Below, in pieces: positions 21,220 to 30,589 of a stretch of 64,000 nucleotides of DNA. A program made the translations under genes and the position numbers. The notes under the pieces are model-generated. The model was not told the origin of the DNA. It saw only the letters and a program-made list of their open reading frames with translations, and searched no databases. The DNA comes from Bdellovibrionales bacterium (GTDB lineage Bacteria > Bdellovibrionota > Bdellovibrionia > Bdellovibrionales > JAMPXM01), in contig JAYUEN010000386.1 of assembly GCA_043739185.1 (NCBI GenBank), positions 93,443-157,442 of the forward strand, in the 5' to 3' direction. Within the stretch, counting starts at the first letter, position 1; each line of letters opens with the position of its first letter.

Positions 21220-22098
21220 TTATACATTTATTTTAACAATTTTTTTGATCATTAAGCCACCAGTAATTTGGAGACCCAACATTATAATCAAGGCAAAAAC
21301 TCCAGGTACCGTCGTGAAAAGCGGGCGAATGTAACCGGGATCGGTCAGCGCAAATACCAACAACATGATAAACGGGACCAAAGTAATAATAATTCCTTGC
21401 ATGAGGGACTGCGCGGTCAAAGCTTCGATTTTTCGCTCGACCTTTTGACGTTCACGAATCGTACTGACAATAGTCGAGAAGGTTTCACCCATATTTCCGC
21501 CGGCTTCGTCCAAAATATTAATAGCAGTCGTAAACATGACAACATCGGGACGCGGAATTCGAAGCGCAAGTTCATTTAGTGCCTGAGATTGGCTTTGCCC
21601 TAAGAGATTAATTGATTTCAGCATATCGCCAAACTCTTGGCTCATAGGAGGAGGTAGATTCAATCGTACGCGCTCCATTGACTGCACCGGGCTTAGTCCT
21701 GCTTTAATTCCATTGGCCATAAGCGTGAGGCCGTCGACCATTTGATCGACAAAGCGTGAACAACGCTTTTCGTAAAGAGACATCATCACCATTTTAGGAA
21801 TCGACCATCCCGCAATCGTCACAGCTCCGCCAAAAATGAGTCCAACTATTAGATTGGGCCACATTGCTATGAAAAATAAAAAACCAATTCCGAAACTACA
21901 GAGTAACATCGTTATGGTAATTTTCTTTTCATCGACTTCGATATACATGAGACGCATCAGTCGAATTACTTCTTCGCGCTGGCCGAGGCTTCGCCGTTTA
22001 AGCCAGTCAATGACTCGCTCGTTATAAATAAATGACAATATGAAAACACTGATACCAACAAAAGGGATAACAAACCAGTCCTGCGAAAAAACATTCAT
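21220..22098 (-). CDS. tadB: Tad pilus inner-membrane platform protein
   Basis: F-x-x-Q-x-x-D-x-L-x-LMANGIKAG, GGNMGE, IRER...IEALTAQ. Confidence 0.9.
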   Translation of the reverse strand: MNVFSQDWFVIPFVGISVFILSFIYNERVIDWLKRRSLGQREEVIRLMRLMYIEVDEKKITITMLLCSFGIGFLFFIAMWPNLIVGLIFGGAVTIAGWSIPKMVMMSLYEKRCSRFVDQMVDGLTLMANGIKAGLSPVQSMERVRLNLPPPMSQEFGDMLKSINLLGQSQSQALNELALRIPRPDVVMFTTAINILDEAGGNMGETFSTIVSTIRERQKVERKIEALTAQSLMQGIIITLVPFIMLLVFALTDPGYIRPLFTTVPGVFALIIMLGLQITGGLMIKKIVKINV

Positions 22099-24335
22099 GT
22101 TCCGCCTCCTGAAGCCTTTTTGAGTGGTGGAGTGCTTACGGTCTGAGTTTGTGAATTGGGTTTGGCAGTCCCAACTGTTGGTGCTGCGTTTGCGGCCTCA
22201 TTGGTAAAGAGGCCCTGAGGAATCGAATTGCCATTTTGTTGACTCTCTTGAATGAAGCGTGGCACGAGACCAGCGGCAGCAAAATTTCCGGTAATTTTGC
22301 GGTTGGCATCGACACCTTTACGTTTGAAATCAAAGACATCTTGTAAAGTGACGACATCGCCCTGAATACCTTCAACACATTTGATACTCATAATTTTGCG
22401 GGTGCCGTCTGAAAGCCTTGATATTTGCACAATCACATTAACAGCATTGGCAATTTGTTCGCGAATTGCCTTGGCAGGTAGATCCATGCCTGCCATTAAA
22501 CACAAAGTCTCAAGACGCGAAACGGCCTCTTTAGGAGAATTCGCATGAAGTGTCGTCATTGAACCATCGTGACCAGTACTCATTGCCGATAGCATATCGA
22601 GGGCTGCGCCATCGCGGCACTCACCCACGATGATTCGTTCAGGACGCATTCTCAAAGCATTTTTAACAAGATCTCGAATGCTCACTTGGCCTTTGCCCTC
22701 CATATTGGTGGGTCTGGATTCAAGTCGTACGACATGTTCTTGTTTGAGTTGCAATTCGGCAGCGTCTTCAATCGTAATCACGCGCTCATTTGAAGGAATG
22801 AAACTTGAAAGGGTATTGAGTAAAGTTGTTTTACCTGAGCCCGTACCGCCCGAGATAATAATATTACGATGAAGTTGCACACAGATTTTTAGGAACTCCA
22901 TCATATTGGCGGTTGCGGCGCCCCAGTCTTTTACATAATTGTCTGGCGTCACAGCTTTTTTAGAAAATTTACGAATTGTTACCGATGCTCCGTCAATGGC
23001 CAGGGGTCGAATGATGGCATTGACTCGACTGCCATCTCTCAGGCGAGCATCGACGTAAGGGCTACTTTCGTTGATCTGTCGACCCAGAGGATCGACGATG
23101 CGCTTGATCACATTCATTAGCGAATCTTCAGAGGTGAAAGTGATCGGGCTGGTTTGAACAATACCTTTTTTCTCGACAAAAATCTTTTTAGGACCGTTCA
23201 CCATAATTTCAGTAACCGAAGGATCGGCGAGCAGAGCTTCGAGAGGGCCAAGACCCACGGCCTCATTGACGACTTCATCAATAATGGCAGAGCGCTCTTC
23301 GCGTCCAATGCCTGCAGCTTCGCGATCTATAATTTTTGAAATCACCGCAGTGGTTTTAAGAACCAGGGCGCGTTCTTTTTCTGGATCGTTTCCAAAGCCG
23401 GTGGTATCGCCCATTGATTTTCGTAGTTCAGAATCTTTCAATAATTCAGCGTGAAGTGAAAGCTTGATCGCAGTTCTTGCGTCTACATTTTTATTTGCAC
23501 TCGTCGGCCGGGCACTTGAACTCTGCACTTCAGGAGCTGAGTCTCTCGCAAATTTCAACTGTTGAGGGCGTGCTTGCGCCTTTAGGGTTTGCAAAACGCC
23601 GCCAGTAAGCCGCCTTACGATATCGGCGTGCGCTCGTGATATTGGGCTTTGAGGTGCTGCAATCACAAATGGATTCGAGCGTTGAACAGAACCTGTCGCT
23701 GTCAAATCATCTTGCGGAATGGTGCCGACCATTTGTTTGCGAAAAGTTTTTTCAATGGCATCGGTTGGTAAGCCACTTGGACCGGTTTTATTCAGCACAA
23801 ACTGAATCATATCCGTCGGCACGGTGGCCACCATTAAATCATTTACCAGTCTCATGGTCTGATTGATCGCTAAAACTTCTGGGGTCGTAACACACAATAA
23901 GACAGTAGCTTTTTCAACAATTGACATTTGCAGAGGGCCCAAATTGGAGCCCAAATCGATAACTATAAAACGATAAAAATTTGAAAGACCTTCGAGTTGC
24001 TTCACAACGGTTTCAGGATTAACATTTAAAACTTCGTCGCGAGATTTTACAGCGGCGATAAAACTGAGACCTTTCGGATGTGGAGTTATAATACTAGCAA
24101 ACATTTGCGGATTGAGCGCACCAGTATATCCAACTAGGTCTGAAATGGTTTTGACTTCCTTTAGACCCAAAATCATATTTTGATCACCACAACTCTGCGA
24201 ATCCATATCGATTAATAAAGTTGGAATTTTGAGTTCAAGAAATGAAAGGGCTAAGTTGGCGGCAAATACACTTTTGCCGACGCCACCCTTGCCGCCGGTG
24301 ACTGCGATGATATGCGTATTGGGATGAACTGCCAT
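22095..24335 (-). CDS. tadA: Fused CpaE/MinD-like ATPase plus CpaF/TadA assembly ATPase
   Basis: N-terminal GGKGGVGKS; C-terminal GLGPLE, GGTGSGKTT, IEDAAEL, LRMRPERIIVGE, TGHDG. Confidence 0.93.
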   Translation of the reverse strand: MAVHPNTHIIAVTGGKGGVGKSVFAANLALSFLELKIPTLLIDMDSQSCGDQNMILGLKEVKTISDLVGYTGALNPQMFASIITPHPKGLSFIAAVKSRDEVLNVNPETVVKQLEGLSNFYRFIVIDLGSNLGPLQMSIVEKATVLLCVTTPEVLAINQTMRLVNDLMVATVPTDMIQFVLNKTGPSGLPTDAIEKTFRKQMVGTIPQDDLTATGSVQRSNPFVIAAPQSPISRAHADIVRRLTGGVLQTLKAQARPQQLKFARDSAPEVQSSSARPTSANKNVDARTAIKLSLHAELLKDSELRKSMGDTTGFGNDPEKERALVLKTTAVISKIIDREAAGIGREERSAIIDEVVNEAVGLGPLEALLADPSVTEIMVNGPKKIFVEKKGIVQTSPITFTSEDSLMNVIKRIVDPLGRQINESSPYVDARLRDGSRVNAIIRPLAIDGASVTIRKFSKKAVTPDNYVKDWGAATANMMEFLKICVQLHRNIIISGGTGSGKTTLLNTLSSFIPSNERVITIEDAAELQLKQEHVVRLESRPTNMEGKGQVSIRDLVKNALRMRPERIIVGECRDGAALDMLSAMSTGHDGSMTTLHANSPKEAVSRLETLCLMAGMDLPAKAIREQIANAVNVIVQISRLSDGTRKIMSIKCVEGIQGDVVTLQDVFDFKRKGVDANRKITGNFAAAGLVPRFIQESQQNGNSIPQGLFTNEAANAAPTVGTAKPNSQTQTVSTPPLKKASGGGT

Positions 24336-24341
24336 GAATTC

Positions 24342-24368
24342 TTATCGGTATCAAAATGAAATTCTTGA
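24342..24368 (-). promoter_or_regulatory. Putative sigma28 (FliA) promoter
   Basis: TCAA-N15-ACCGATAA, 6 nt upstream of the ATG at 24335. Confidence 0.7.
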
Positions 24369-24415
24369 AGAAAAGGCTTGCGATTTTAATGATTTATTAG
24401 ACCAAAGGCAGTAGG

Positions 24416-24494
24416 AGTTTTCAGGCAGCAGCGACCGACAGCCGTTTGCGGTCACAGTTTCTGCCACAGTCACAGTTTTTCAGAATTCAGTTTG
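24416..24494 (-). repeat. Dispersed intergenic repeat, copy C (diverged)
   Basis: AGTTTTCAGGCAGCAGCGACCGACAGCCGTTTGC aligns to copies A and B. Confidence 0.65.
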
Positions 24495-24508
24495 CCCGAC
24501 CCCGGTAG

Positions 24509-26128
24509 TTAGTCTCTCAAACGAAACTTTTGTTTGATCTTCTCGGCCCCTTGGCTAGCTGAAGATTTAATAATCGGAGTTACAAATACCACGAATTGAC
24601 TTTGGTCGTGTCTGAAGGCCTTTGAAGCACTTAAATTGAAAATTGGATTTGCAGAGCCGCCCGCGGGAGCCCGATTGTAATCGGTTCCGGTCTTATTTGA
24701 AACCAAGCCTGCTACGGCAGCGCTTTGTCCACTTCGAATGCTGATGACAGTGCTCACCACATTGGTTGCAACATTTGGTGCGCCTCCAACTCCGATCGAA
24801 ACCACTTCACTCATTTCAAAATCGAGATTGAGATTGATATTATCGGACCTGGCGTTTGCCAATTTTGGCGTAATATTCACTTTTAATCCGACGTCTTTAT
24901 AAGCGGTCGTCGTCGTTTGATTAGGGCCTTGCTGCGAGTAGGGATATCCGGTAGTACGATTTAAAATTCCCTTAGATCCATCTTGAATTAAAATTTCAGT
25001 ACTTTCTAAAACTCGCGAATGGCTATGATTCTTAGACCAATTCAAACGTGGAATTAAATTAGATACTGTTCCTGAAATTGTGCTAGCAGTTCCGCCAGCA
25101 GAAGAATTGGACATCGTAAAGCCGATTCCTGAAGCGTCTGCAAAGCCAGGTGCCCAACTGAATCCGAAGTCTTTAGCATATTCCTTTTTCAATTCGACAA
25201 AATGTACAACGAGCTGAATTATTTTCGCTGCCGGCTTTTCAGGGGCCGCTTTTATGGTGATAAGATTGATTACCGGAACGGTTTTTGCTGCCATCGTAAG
25301 ACCGTCTTTTTGGGCCTCGAGAGGAACGAGATCAGGAATATAAGTTTGCGCAATGGTCATTGCCATTTCTTTTTTGTCTGCACTCTCGACTTCTCCGTCA
25401 AGAATGAATTTGCCGTTCACAGTGCGAACGTGAACCGTGGTAATACCGATGGCTTCTTCCATGATCTGTGCAATTTTTCTTTCAGCTAAAGGTGAAAGTG
25501 TAACTAATGTTGAAGCTTGTCCTTCAAATTGTTTAAGAACAGAATGAATACGATTGATTTCTTTTGGTAAAAGAACTTGGCCATCGATTACGACACGGTT
25601 GTTTACAATTTTAATAGTGATGCCATCAATATCTTTTAATAGAGACTGAATATCCTTTGCTACTTTGGTGAGATCAGATTTTTTTACATCTAAGCGATAT
25701 TCCTTGATGACTTTATTACCTTGGCGAACTGTTAAAGTTGCGACTCCAAGCTTATTGGGCGTGAATCTTAATAAACCAGAACTACGATCAATCCCAACTT
25801 TAGTTACCTTTTTATAGTCTCCAGAAAATTCAGCATCATCTGGTAAATTGGGAATTTTCTCTTGCGACTCAATACCAATGAAAAGTGAAATATATTTGAT
25901 TTCTTTATTGAATGATTTGTCTAAGGCATCTTTTGACAAATGATCGACTTCATCAGGCTCTGCTTCAGTCTGAGCCTCAGTCGTCTTTTGTTGGGCAAGT
26001 GCTGTTGTAACCCCTGCACAGAGTAGCAATGTGAGTACTAGTTTTGTGAACAAAGGCCAAATGCTTGCCCATTTGGTCGACCAAAAAGATGAAGCGAGTC
26101 GCATTTTTTTAATCCAATTTGTTTTCAC
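24509..26128 (-). CDS. cpaC: Tad secretin (CpaC/RcpA) with BON-like domains
   Basis: Position in the cluster; IQLVVHFVE, GQSAAVAGL, FVVFVTP secretin motifs. Confidence 0.85.
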   Translation of the reverse strand: MKTNWIKKMRLASSFWSTKWASIWPLFTKLVLTLLLCAGVTTALAQQKTTEAQTEAEPDEVDHLSKDALDKSFNKEIKYISLFIGIESQEKIPNLPDDAEFSGDYKKVTKVGIDRSSGLLRFTPNKLGVATLTVRQGNKVIKEYRLDVKKSDLTKVAKDIQSLLKDIDGITIKIVNNRVVIDGQVLLPKEINRIHSVLKQFEGQASTLVTLSPLAERKIAQIMEEAIGITTVHVRTVNGKFILDGEVESADKKEMAMTIAQTYIPDLVPLEAQKDGLTMAAKTVPVINLITIKAAPEKPAAKIIQLVVHFVELKKEYAKDFGFSWAPGFADASGIGFTMSNSSAGGTASTISGTVSNLIPRLNWSKNHSHSRVLESTEILIQDGSKGILNRTTGYPYSQQGPNQTTTTAYKDVGLKVNITPKLANARSDNINLNLDFEMSEVVSIGVGGAPNVATNVVSTVISIRSGQSAAVAGLVSNKTGTDYNRAPAGGSANPIFNLSASKAFRHDQSQFVVFVTPIIKSSASQGAEKIKQKFRLRD

Positions 26129-26167
26129 AGTTCAATCACTCGTTTCTCTCTTCTTTAGAAGAGAAAA

Positions 26168-27097
26168 TTATAAATTTTGAAAAGTTCCTCGTTTATGTTT
26201 TGGAGCAGTAACTGGCGCCGTTTTTGGTTGTACGGATGCCGGCATCGGTTGCACTGGTGCCGTTGGCGCTACCACAGCTACGCCCACTTGCGCAGCTGAG
26301 GGAGCGGTTGGCATAAAAAACTTTCCTTTTCCCAAGACATCTTCAACGGCAATCGATTTTGCCATACTCACAATTTTGTCCGTAGGATTGCGAAGTGCTA
26401 CAAACAAAGCCCCTGGCGACGTTGATAGAATATAAATTAAGATTTGTGCGTCTTCAGGTTTTGCTTCGATTGTGACATTAGTAAAATTAGTACTGCTATT
26501 GAGATTATATTGTATAATTTTTTTTCCATCGGCATCGAGCTCCTGTCTTCTGGGAAGGTTATTTACAATATTTAAACCGGTTGCAAGAATCGGGACGTCT
26601 TGCATGATCACTCGCACTTCGCGGTGAGTGTCTTGGCCTTTTCCGGAATCTATGGCTGCAATCAAATCGATTCGATCACCTGGTTTTAATAGATGAGAAA
26701 CCCCTCGCATATCATCTATCGGAATATTGATTGCACGCTTGCCAGGTGAAACTTCAAGAGACAGGCCGGTTTCAGGACCAGGCAAAAGAAGCTTGGTTTG
26801 CAAGATTTGCTCACCTTTTCGAATCGGAGCGACCGCAACTTGGCCGACGGCAACATTGACGTCATTCATGGCTTCAGGCTGAATAAAATCACCTGGTAAA
26901 TCGGCAAGCTCGAGTTTGGATTCGTTAATGGTCTCCATCTCGGCAATGTCTTCGGTAGCACGTACGACCCGTTTGGTTGCGCCCAGAGTTTTGTGAACCT
27001 GGGTTTTTTGATCTTGCGACCAACTATATAAAAGTAAAACGGATAGTAGGGCGAGACCTACTGAGATCCACAGTGTGCGCGATTCATTTGTGTTCAT
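26168..27097 (-). CDS. cpaB: Flp pilus assembly protein CpaB/RcpC
   Basis: SAF domain, PGKRAINI, LKPGDRIDLI, QDVPILATG. Confidence 0.92.
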   Translation of the reverse strand: MNTNESRTLWISVGLALLSVLLLYSWSQDQKTQVHKTLGATKRVVRATEDIAEMETINESKLELADLPGDFIQPEAMNDVNVAVGQVAVAPIRKGEQILQTKLLLPGPETGLSLEVSPGKRAINIPIDDMRGVSHLLKPGDRIDLIAAIDSGKGQDTHREVRVIMQDVPILATGLNIVNNLPRRQELDADGKKIIQYNLNSSTNFTNVTIEAKPEDAQILIYILSTSPGALFVALRNPTDKIVSMAKSIAVEDVLGKGKFFMPTAPSAAQVGVAVVAPTAPVQPMPASVQPKTAPVTAPKHKRGTFQNL

Positions 27098-27112
27098 ACT
27101 TTGCTCCCTGTA

Positions 27113-27637
27113 CTACCGGCAACTCGCATTCATGCAAATGCCATAGGCGACCTTAATCCACGCTGGATTAACGCCATCTTGGTTGTCATATCGCTTACCT
27201 GATACTAAATTGGCTTCATTACTAATTTGTAGATGAAAGTTTGCGTCTCGATTTGTCGCATTTAAAACTTTACCCATTGAAATCGCACGCTCAGAGGGTT
27301 GGATTTCCCCGGCATCAGCGTATTCACTCACAGTAAAATGCAATCGATAATTGGTTCCTTTTTTGGTGGTCGTATTGGTATAGCTATCCAAACTATCTAG
27401 CGCGCCAATACCAAAAGGGTCTGAATCTCTTAAATAACCTAAGTGAGTACGATGCCTAAAAGTTTCAAATGCATAATTGCGCGAACCAATCGATTGTAAA
27501 ATTCCGGTGTGAATGATTCCAAAAACGCCAAGAGTAAAGCCGACCATGAGAGTAAAGCAAATCATGAGCACTAAAGCCTCAATGCTTGAGAAGCCTTGCT
27601 GAGAGCTTAAAATGTGAGGTGCCTTTTTAGCAGCCAT
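27113..27637 (-). CDS. TadE/TadG-like pseudopilin
   Basis: QG/FSSIE class III signal followed by a hydrophobic helix. Confidence 0.75.
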   Translation of the reverse strand: MAAKKAPHILSSQQGFSSIEALVLMICFTLMVGFTLGVFGIIHTGILQSIGSRNYAFETFRHRTHLGYLRDSDPFGIGALDSLDSYTNTTTKKGTNYRLHFTVSEYADAGEIQPSERAISMGKVLNATNRDANFHLQISNEANLVSGKRYDNQDGVNPAWIKVAYGICMNASCR

Positions 27638-28259
27638 TGTCAGATATCCTCACATAAGAATTTATAAAATTGGGAATCATATCGTAACCAGTATTCACGG
27701 TCTTATTTCTAAGAAGAGTGGCGCGATTGCCATTGAAAGCCAGGCATTCAGTTTGCGTCGGCTCTCGAATGAGATAGCTTGAAACTTGGGTTTTGAAACC
27801 CTCACCGGCATTGGTGGTCTTGGTTCGTCCAAAAAATGGAATGCGAAAATCGAGCAGCCGGATCGTCAGCGGAATTTCGACACCCATGAAAAACTCTGGG
27901 CTCCCTTTGGCATTTACGCTTGAATCACTGACAACAACTTTTATAAGATTTCGACCCACGCCGATGGTAAACCAATTTTGATTTAGAAATTTGGCCAATT
28001 TATTCTCGACAAGACTAGCTGCTTTTGCCTGCGCATTTGCGGTCTGAGTGCCGGTACTTATATCTGCGGACATAAAGGTTCGAGAGCTGGCAAAGGCTAC
28101 ATATTGTACGATCTCAACGACAGTCAAAGAGTAAGCCAAGGCAAAAAAGATCATAATAAAAGCAAAAGACAATAAAAAACCAAAAAGAAAATCAAGCGAA
28201 ATAAGTCCGCTATTCGATTGAAGTAAATTTGAGTTTTGAAGCCGTAATTTAAACATCAA
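27627..28259 (-). CDS. TadE-like pseudopilin
   Basis: SG/LISLDF plus hydrophobic helix, ASSR motif. Confidence 0.75.
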   Translation of the reverse strand: MMFKLRLQNSNLLQSNSGLISLDFLFGFLLSFAFIMIFFALAYSLTVVEIVQYVAFASSRTFMSADISTGTQTANAQAKAASLVENKLAKFLNQNWFTIGVGRNLIKVVVSDSSVNAKGSPEFFMGVEIPLTIRLLDFRIPFFGRTKTTNAGEGFKTQVSSYLIREPTQTECLAFNGNRATLLRNKTVNTGYDMIPNFINSYVRISDNGC

Positions 28260-28271
28260 GTACTTTTCTTT

Positions 28272-28577
28272 CTATTGTTTCAAGGCCGACTCATTTTGAT
28301 CAAAAACCGGGTTCGGAAAATGCTGACTATCTTGCTTAGAAGAATGTCGGCTACGTGCATTCGGATTGAAAGCATGGCTAGAAGTCGACTTCATCCAAAC
28401 GCCATCCCGAACCATACCATCCACATAGTCCCAAGGCCCTTCAATTATAGATGCGAAGAAATCATTAGTAGAAAAAGATTTCGAAATGGTTAGACTCACG
28501 GCCAAAAAAATGGTGATCAAAAGCACGGCTTCGACCGTTGCTTGACCGCGTTCATTCTTTTTCAAAGTCCACTTCAT
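28272..28577 (-). CDS. Minor Flp-like pilin
   Basis: NERG/QATVEAVLL class III signal. Confidence 0.8.
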   Translation of the reverse strand: MKWTLKKNERGQATVEAVLLITIFLAVSLTISKSFSTNDFFASIIEGPWDYVDGMVRDGVWMKSTSSHAFNPNARSRHSSKQDSQHFPNPVFDQNESALKQ

Positions 28578-28590
28578 AAAAAAACTTTCA

Positions 28591-29112
28591 TTAAAAAATC
28601 TGCAAATGCAGACTCTCGAGTTTTAAATAGGTCATCCAGCCAAAAAAAATGGGAACCGTAAATGGCATCGCTTGAAGTTTGAGTCCTCGATCATTTGTGA
28701 AAAGCAAAATATTTTTGAGATTCGCTAAATAGGTCTTGAGGCTGCCGTTTATGCAAACCAAAGTCAGACCCCAAATCGCGGCCCAAACAAACGAAAAAGC
28801 CAAGACTTGAAAAGTGATATGACCTCCGGCGAGCAGACCAAAAACGGTCAAGAGCTTCATATCGCCGGCGCCAAGCCATCCGATTAAAACCAAGGGAAGA
28901 CTGAGGCCAAGAGCTGCGAAAAATCCCAAAAGATGTTTTTGCCAAAATAGCTCAGGTGATAAGAGCGCACATGCGATCAATGCCAAACCAAATGCTGTTA
29001 AGACCAGCCAATTGTGAACCTTACGTGTGAGAAAATCATCGACCACACCTGCAAGCAACACCGCACTTGCAGCCCAATTGAGAAATGAAATATTAAAAAC
29101 TTCAAAGTTCAT
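28591..29112 (-). CDS. cpaA: A24 prepilin peptidase (CpaA/TadV)
   Basis: DFLTRKVHN and GAGDMKL catalytic Asp motifs; likely start 29112 after AGGA. Confidence 0.88.
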   Translation of the reverse strand: MNFEVFNISFLNWAASAVLLAGVVDDFLTRKVHNWLVLTAFGLALIACALLSPELFWQKHLLGFFAALGLSLPLVLIGWLGAGDMKLLTVFGLLAGGHITFQVLAFSFVWAAIWGLTLVCINGSLKTYLANLKNILLFTNDRGLKLQAMPFTVPIFFGWMTYLKLESLHLQIF

Positions 29113-29119
29113 AAGCTTC

Positions 29120-29344
29120 CTATTTGAAACTTCCGGTATTGGCATTGTTAGGTGGCTTTTTCCATTGAATGCCGTTTCCGCTAGCGTCAATAAATCCGTC
29201 ACCAGTCATTAAATTTCGCTCAATGCGCGCGGCCAATCTCGGAGCACTTGTGGGGAAGAAGCCTTTGCTTCCAAAGTCACTCCACATCGTGCTGAGAAAA
29301 AGAAAAACGCTAAGTGCAAAAAGTAAAATAACTTCAATGGTCAT
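29120..29344 (-). CDS. Small pilin-like protein lacking a leader peptide
   Basis: Starts MTIEVILL plus hydrophobic helix; ATGA overlap with the flp stop. Confidence 0.7.
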   Translation of the reverse strand: MTIEVILLFALSVFLFLSTMWSDFGSKGFFPTSAPRLAARIERNLMTGDGFIDASGNGIQWKKPPNNANTGSFK

Positions 29345-29532
29345 GGGGCTGAGTTCACGCCAGCCATACCTTGCTGTATGGCAGTCAGTTTATCTCCAAC
29401 CGTTTTCATTATTTGGCCTTTAAATAGGGTTGCGATAGCTATCACAACAACTAATAAAAGCGCATATTCGGCCATGCCTTGCGCTGATTCGTCTTTCAAT
29501 ACTGCGATCAGTTTGGTGTTCAATTTTTTCAT
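29341..29532 (-). CDS. flp: Flp major pilin
   Basis: DESAQGMAEYALLL Flp motif; GGAGG RBS before ATG 29532. Confidence 0.92.
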   Translation of the reverse strand: MKKLNTKLIAVLKDESAQGMAEYALLLVVVIAIATLFKGQIMKTVGDKLTAIQQGMAGVNSAP

Positions 29533-29570
29533 TTTTATGTCCTCCATTTTTTAATGATCTGCCAATAGTT

Positions 29571-29598
29571 TTATCGGTCAAATCGCGGCCGGAGTTGA
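29571..29598 (-). promoter_or_regulatory. Putative sigma28 (FliA) promoter of flp
   Basis: TCAA-N16-ACCGATAA. Confidence 0.6.
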
Positions 29599-29867
29599 GG
29601 GCTAAACTATCAATTAGTCCGAGCTTTAAGCTTTGGGTGTGGCAACACTTTGGTCAGGCGACTATGCTTCAGTCGAGATTTGAGGTGAAGGTGAACCTGT
29701 AATCGAAAGCGAACACAAATTTGGTCTGAACTTAACTTAAGGCTGGGTCCAGAATTAATTTTCAAAAAGTCGCATTATTTGGTAAATGACTTAAATCGAG
29801 ACAGTTTTTAGTGTTTCAATTTGAGATAAAAGTACTTTATTGAGCCCTTTTTCCTTCGGAGTCGAAA

Positions 29868-30476
29868 ATGATTTCAAAGTCTTTGCTCGCCATAGAAGTT
29901 ATTTCGACCGCGTTTAGCTATAAAATTATCAATGAAATTTTAGAAAATTCTTGGCTCGAGTTGATTGAAATTTCTTCAGCAAGCAACGCCAAAAATATTT
30001 TTGTTTTTCAGTCGCAAGACAGTAGCAAAATGCAATTGCTTAAAGATCGGCTCGATGAAAAGTTCGGACAACCGAGCCGAAGAGTACTCGAGGTCTTTGC
30101 GCCCCAACTCTATGATATATGTTTTATCCCAGATGCCCGAGCGGAAATTTTAATGGCAATGACTGGTCAGCTGCAGAACCCAGTTGGCGAAGCCTTGGTG
30201 ATTTTTGAGTCTCAAAGCATTTGCGCAGTCTTGACATCAATGCAACTCGCTTTACAGGCTCATAGCCTCAAGATATGTGATCTCAGATTGCTTCGAAGCA
30301 GTGGGGGAATGAACACTCTCTTTTTAAGTGGGACTTCTGCAAATTGTGAGCAAGCCGCGGCAGCTTTGCAGCAGCATTTGTTCTCAATGTATTTGGTTGG
30401 TCATGTTGAATGGATCCCAAATCCAAATGCGAGATTAAAAGAGCTCTTTAGCTTTGAAGTTGTGAACAAAAACTGA
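29868..30476 (+). CDS. Degenerate tandem-BMC-domain (PduT-like BMC-T) protein
   Basis: Two repeats matching the BMC pattern: LLAIEVIST...FIPDA and [10 protein letters not shown]...[14 protein letters not shown]...WIPNP. Confidence 0.65.
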   Translation: MISKSLLAIEVISTAFSYKIINEILENSWLELIEISSASNAKNIFVFQSQDSSKMQLLKDRLDEKFGQPSRRVLEVFAPQLYDICFIPDARAEILMAMTGQLQNPVGEALVIFESQSICAVLTSMQLALQAHSLKICDLRLLRSSGGMNTLFLSGTSANCEQAAAALQQHLFSMYLVGHVEWIPNPNARLKELFSFEVVNKN

Positions 30477-30589
30477 GGCACAATATTGCACGAGGCCTTA
30501 GGGCTTGCAAAGTGCATCAAAAATCACGAAAGGGCGTTGGACAAGGGCTTCTCGCCTGGTGTAAGCTTTCGCAAATTAGAGAGGGTATC

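Noticed and set aside
17483..30476. ParA plus partner as an McdAB system for the BMC-like protein
   Set aside because: The genes are about 11 kb apart, the partner lacks a McdB-type C-terminal Trp motif, and no BMC locus is present; kept only as an analogy
30477..30490. Sigma54 promoter for menB (GGCACAATATTGC)
   Set aside because: Spacing is GG-N9-GC rather than the required N10; a sigma70-like promoter lies closer to the gene
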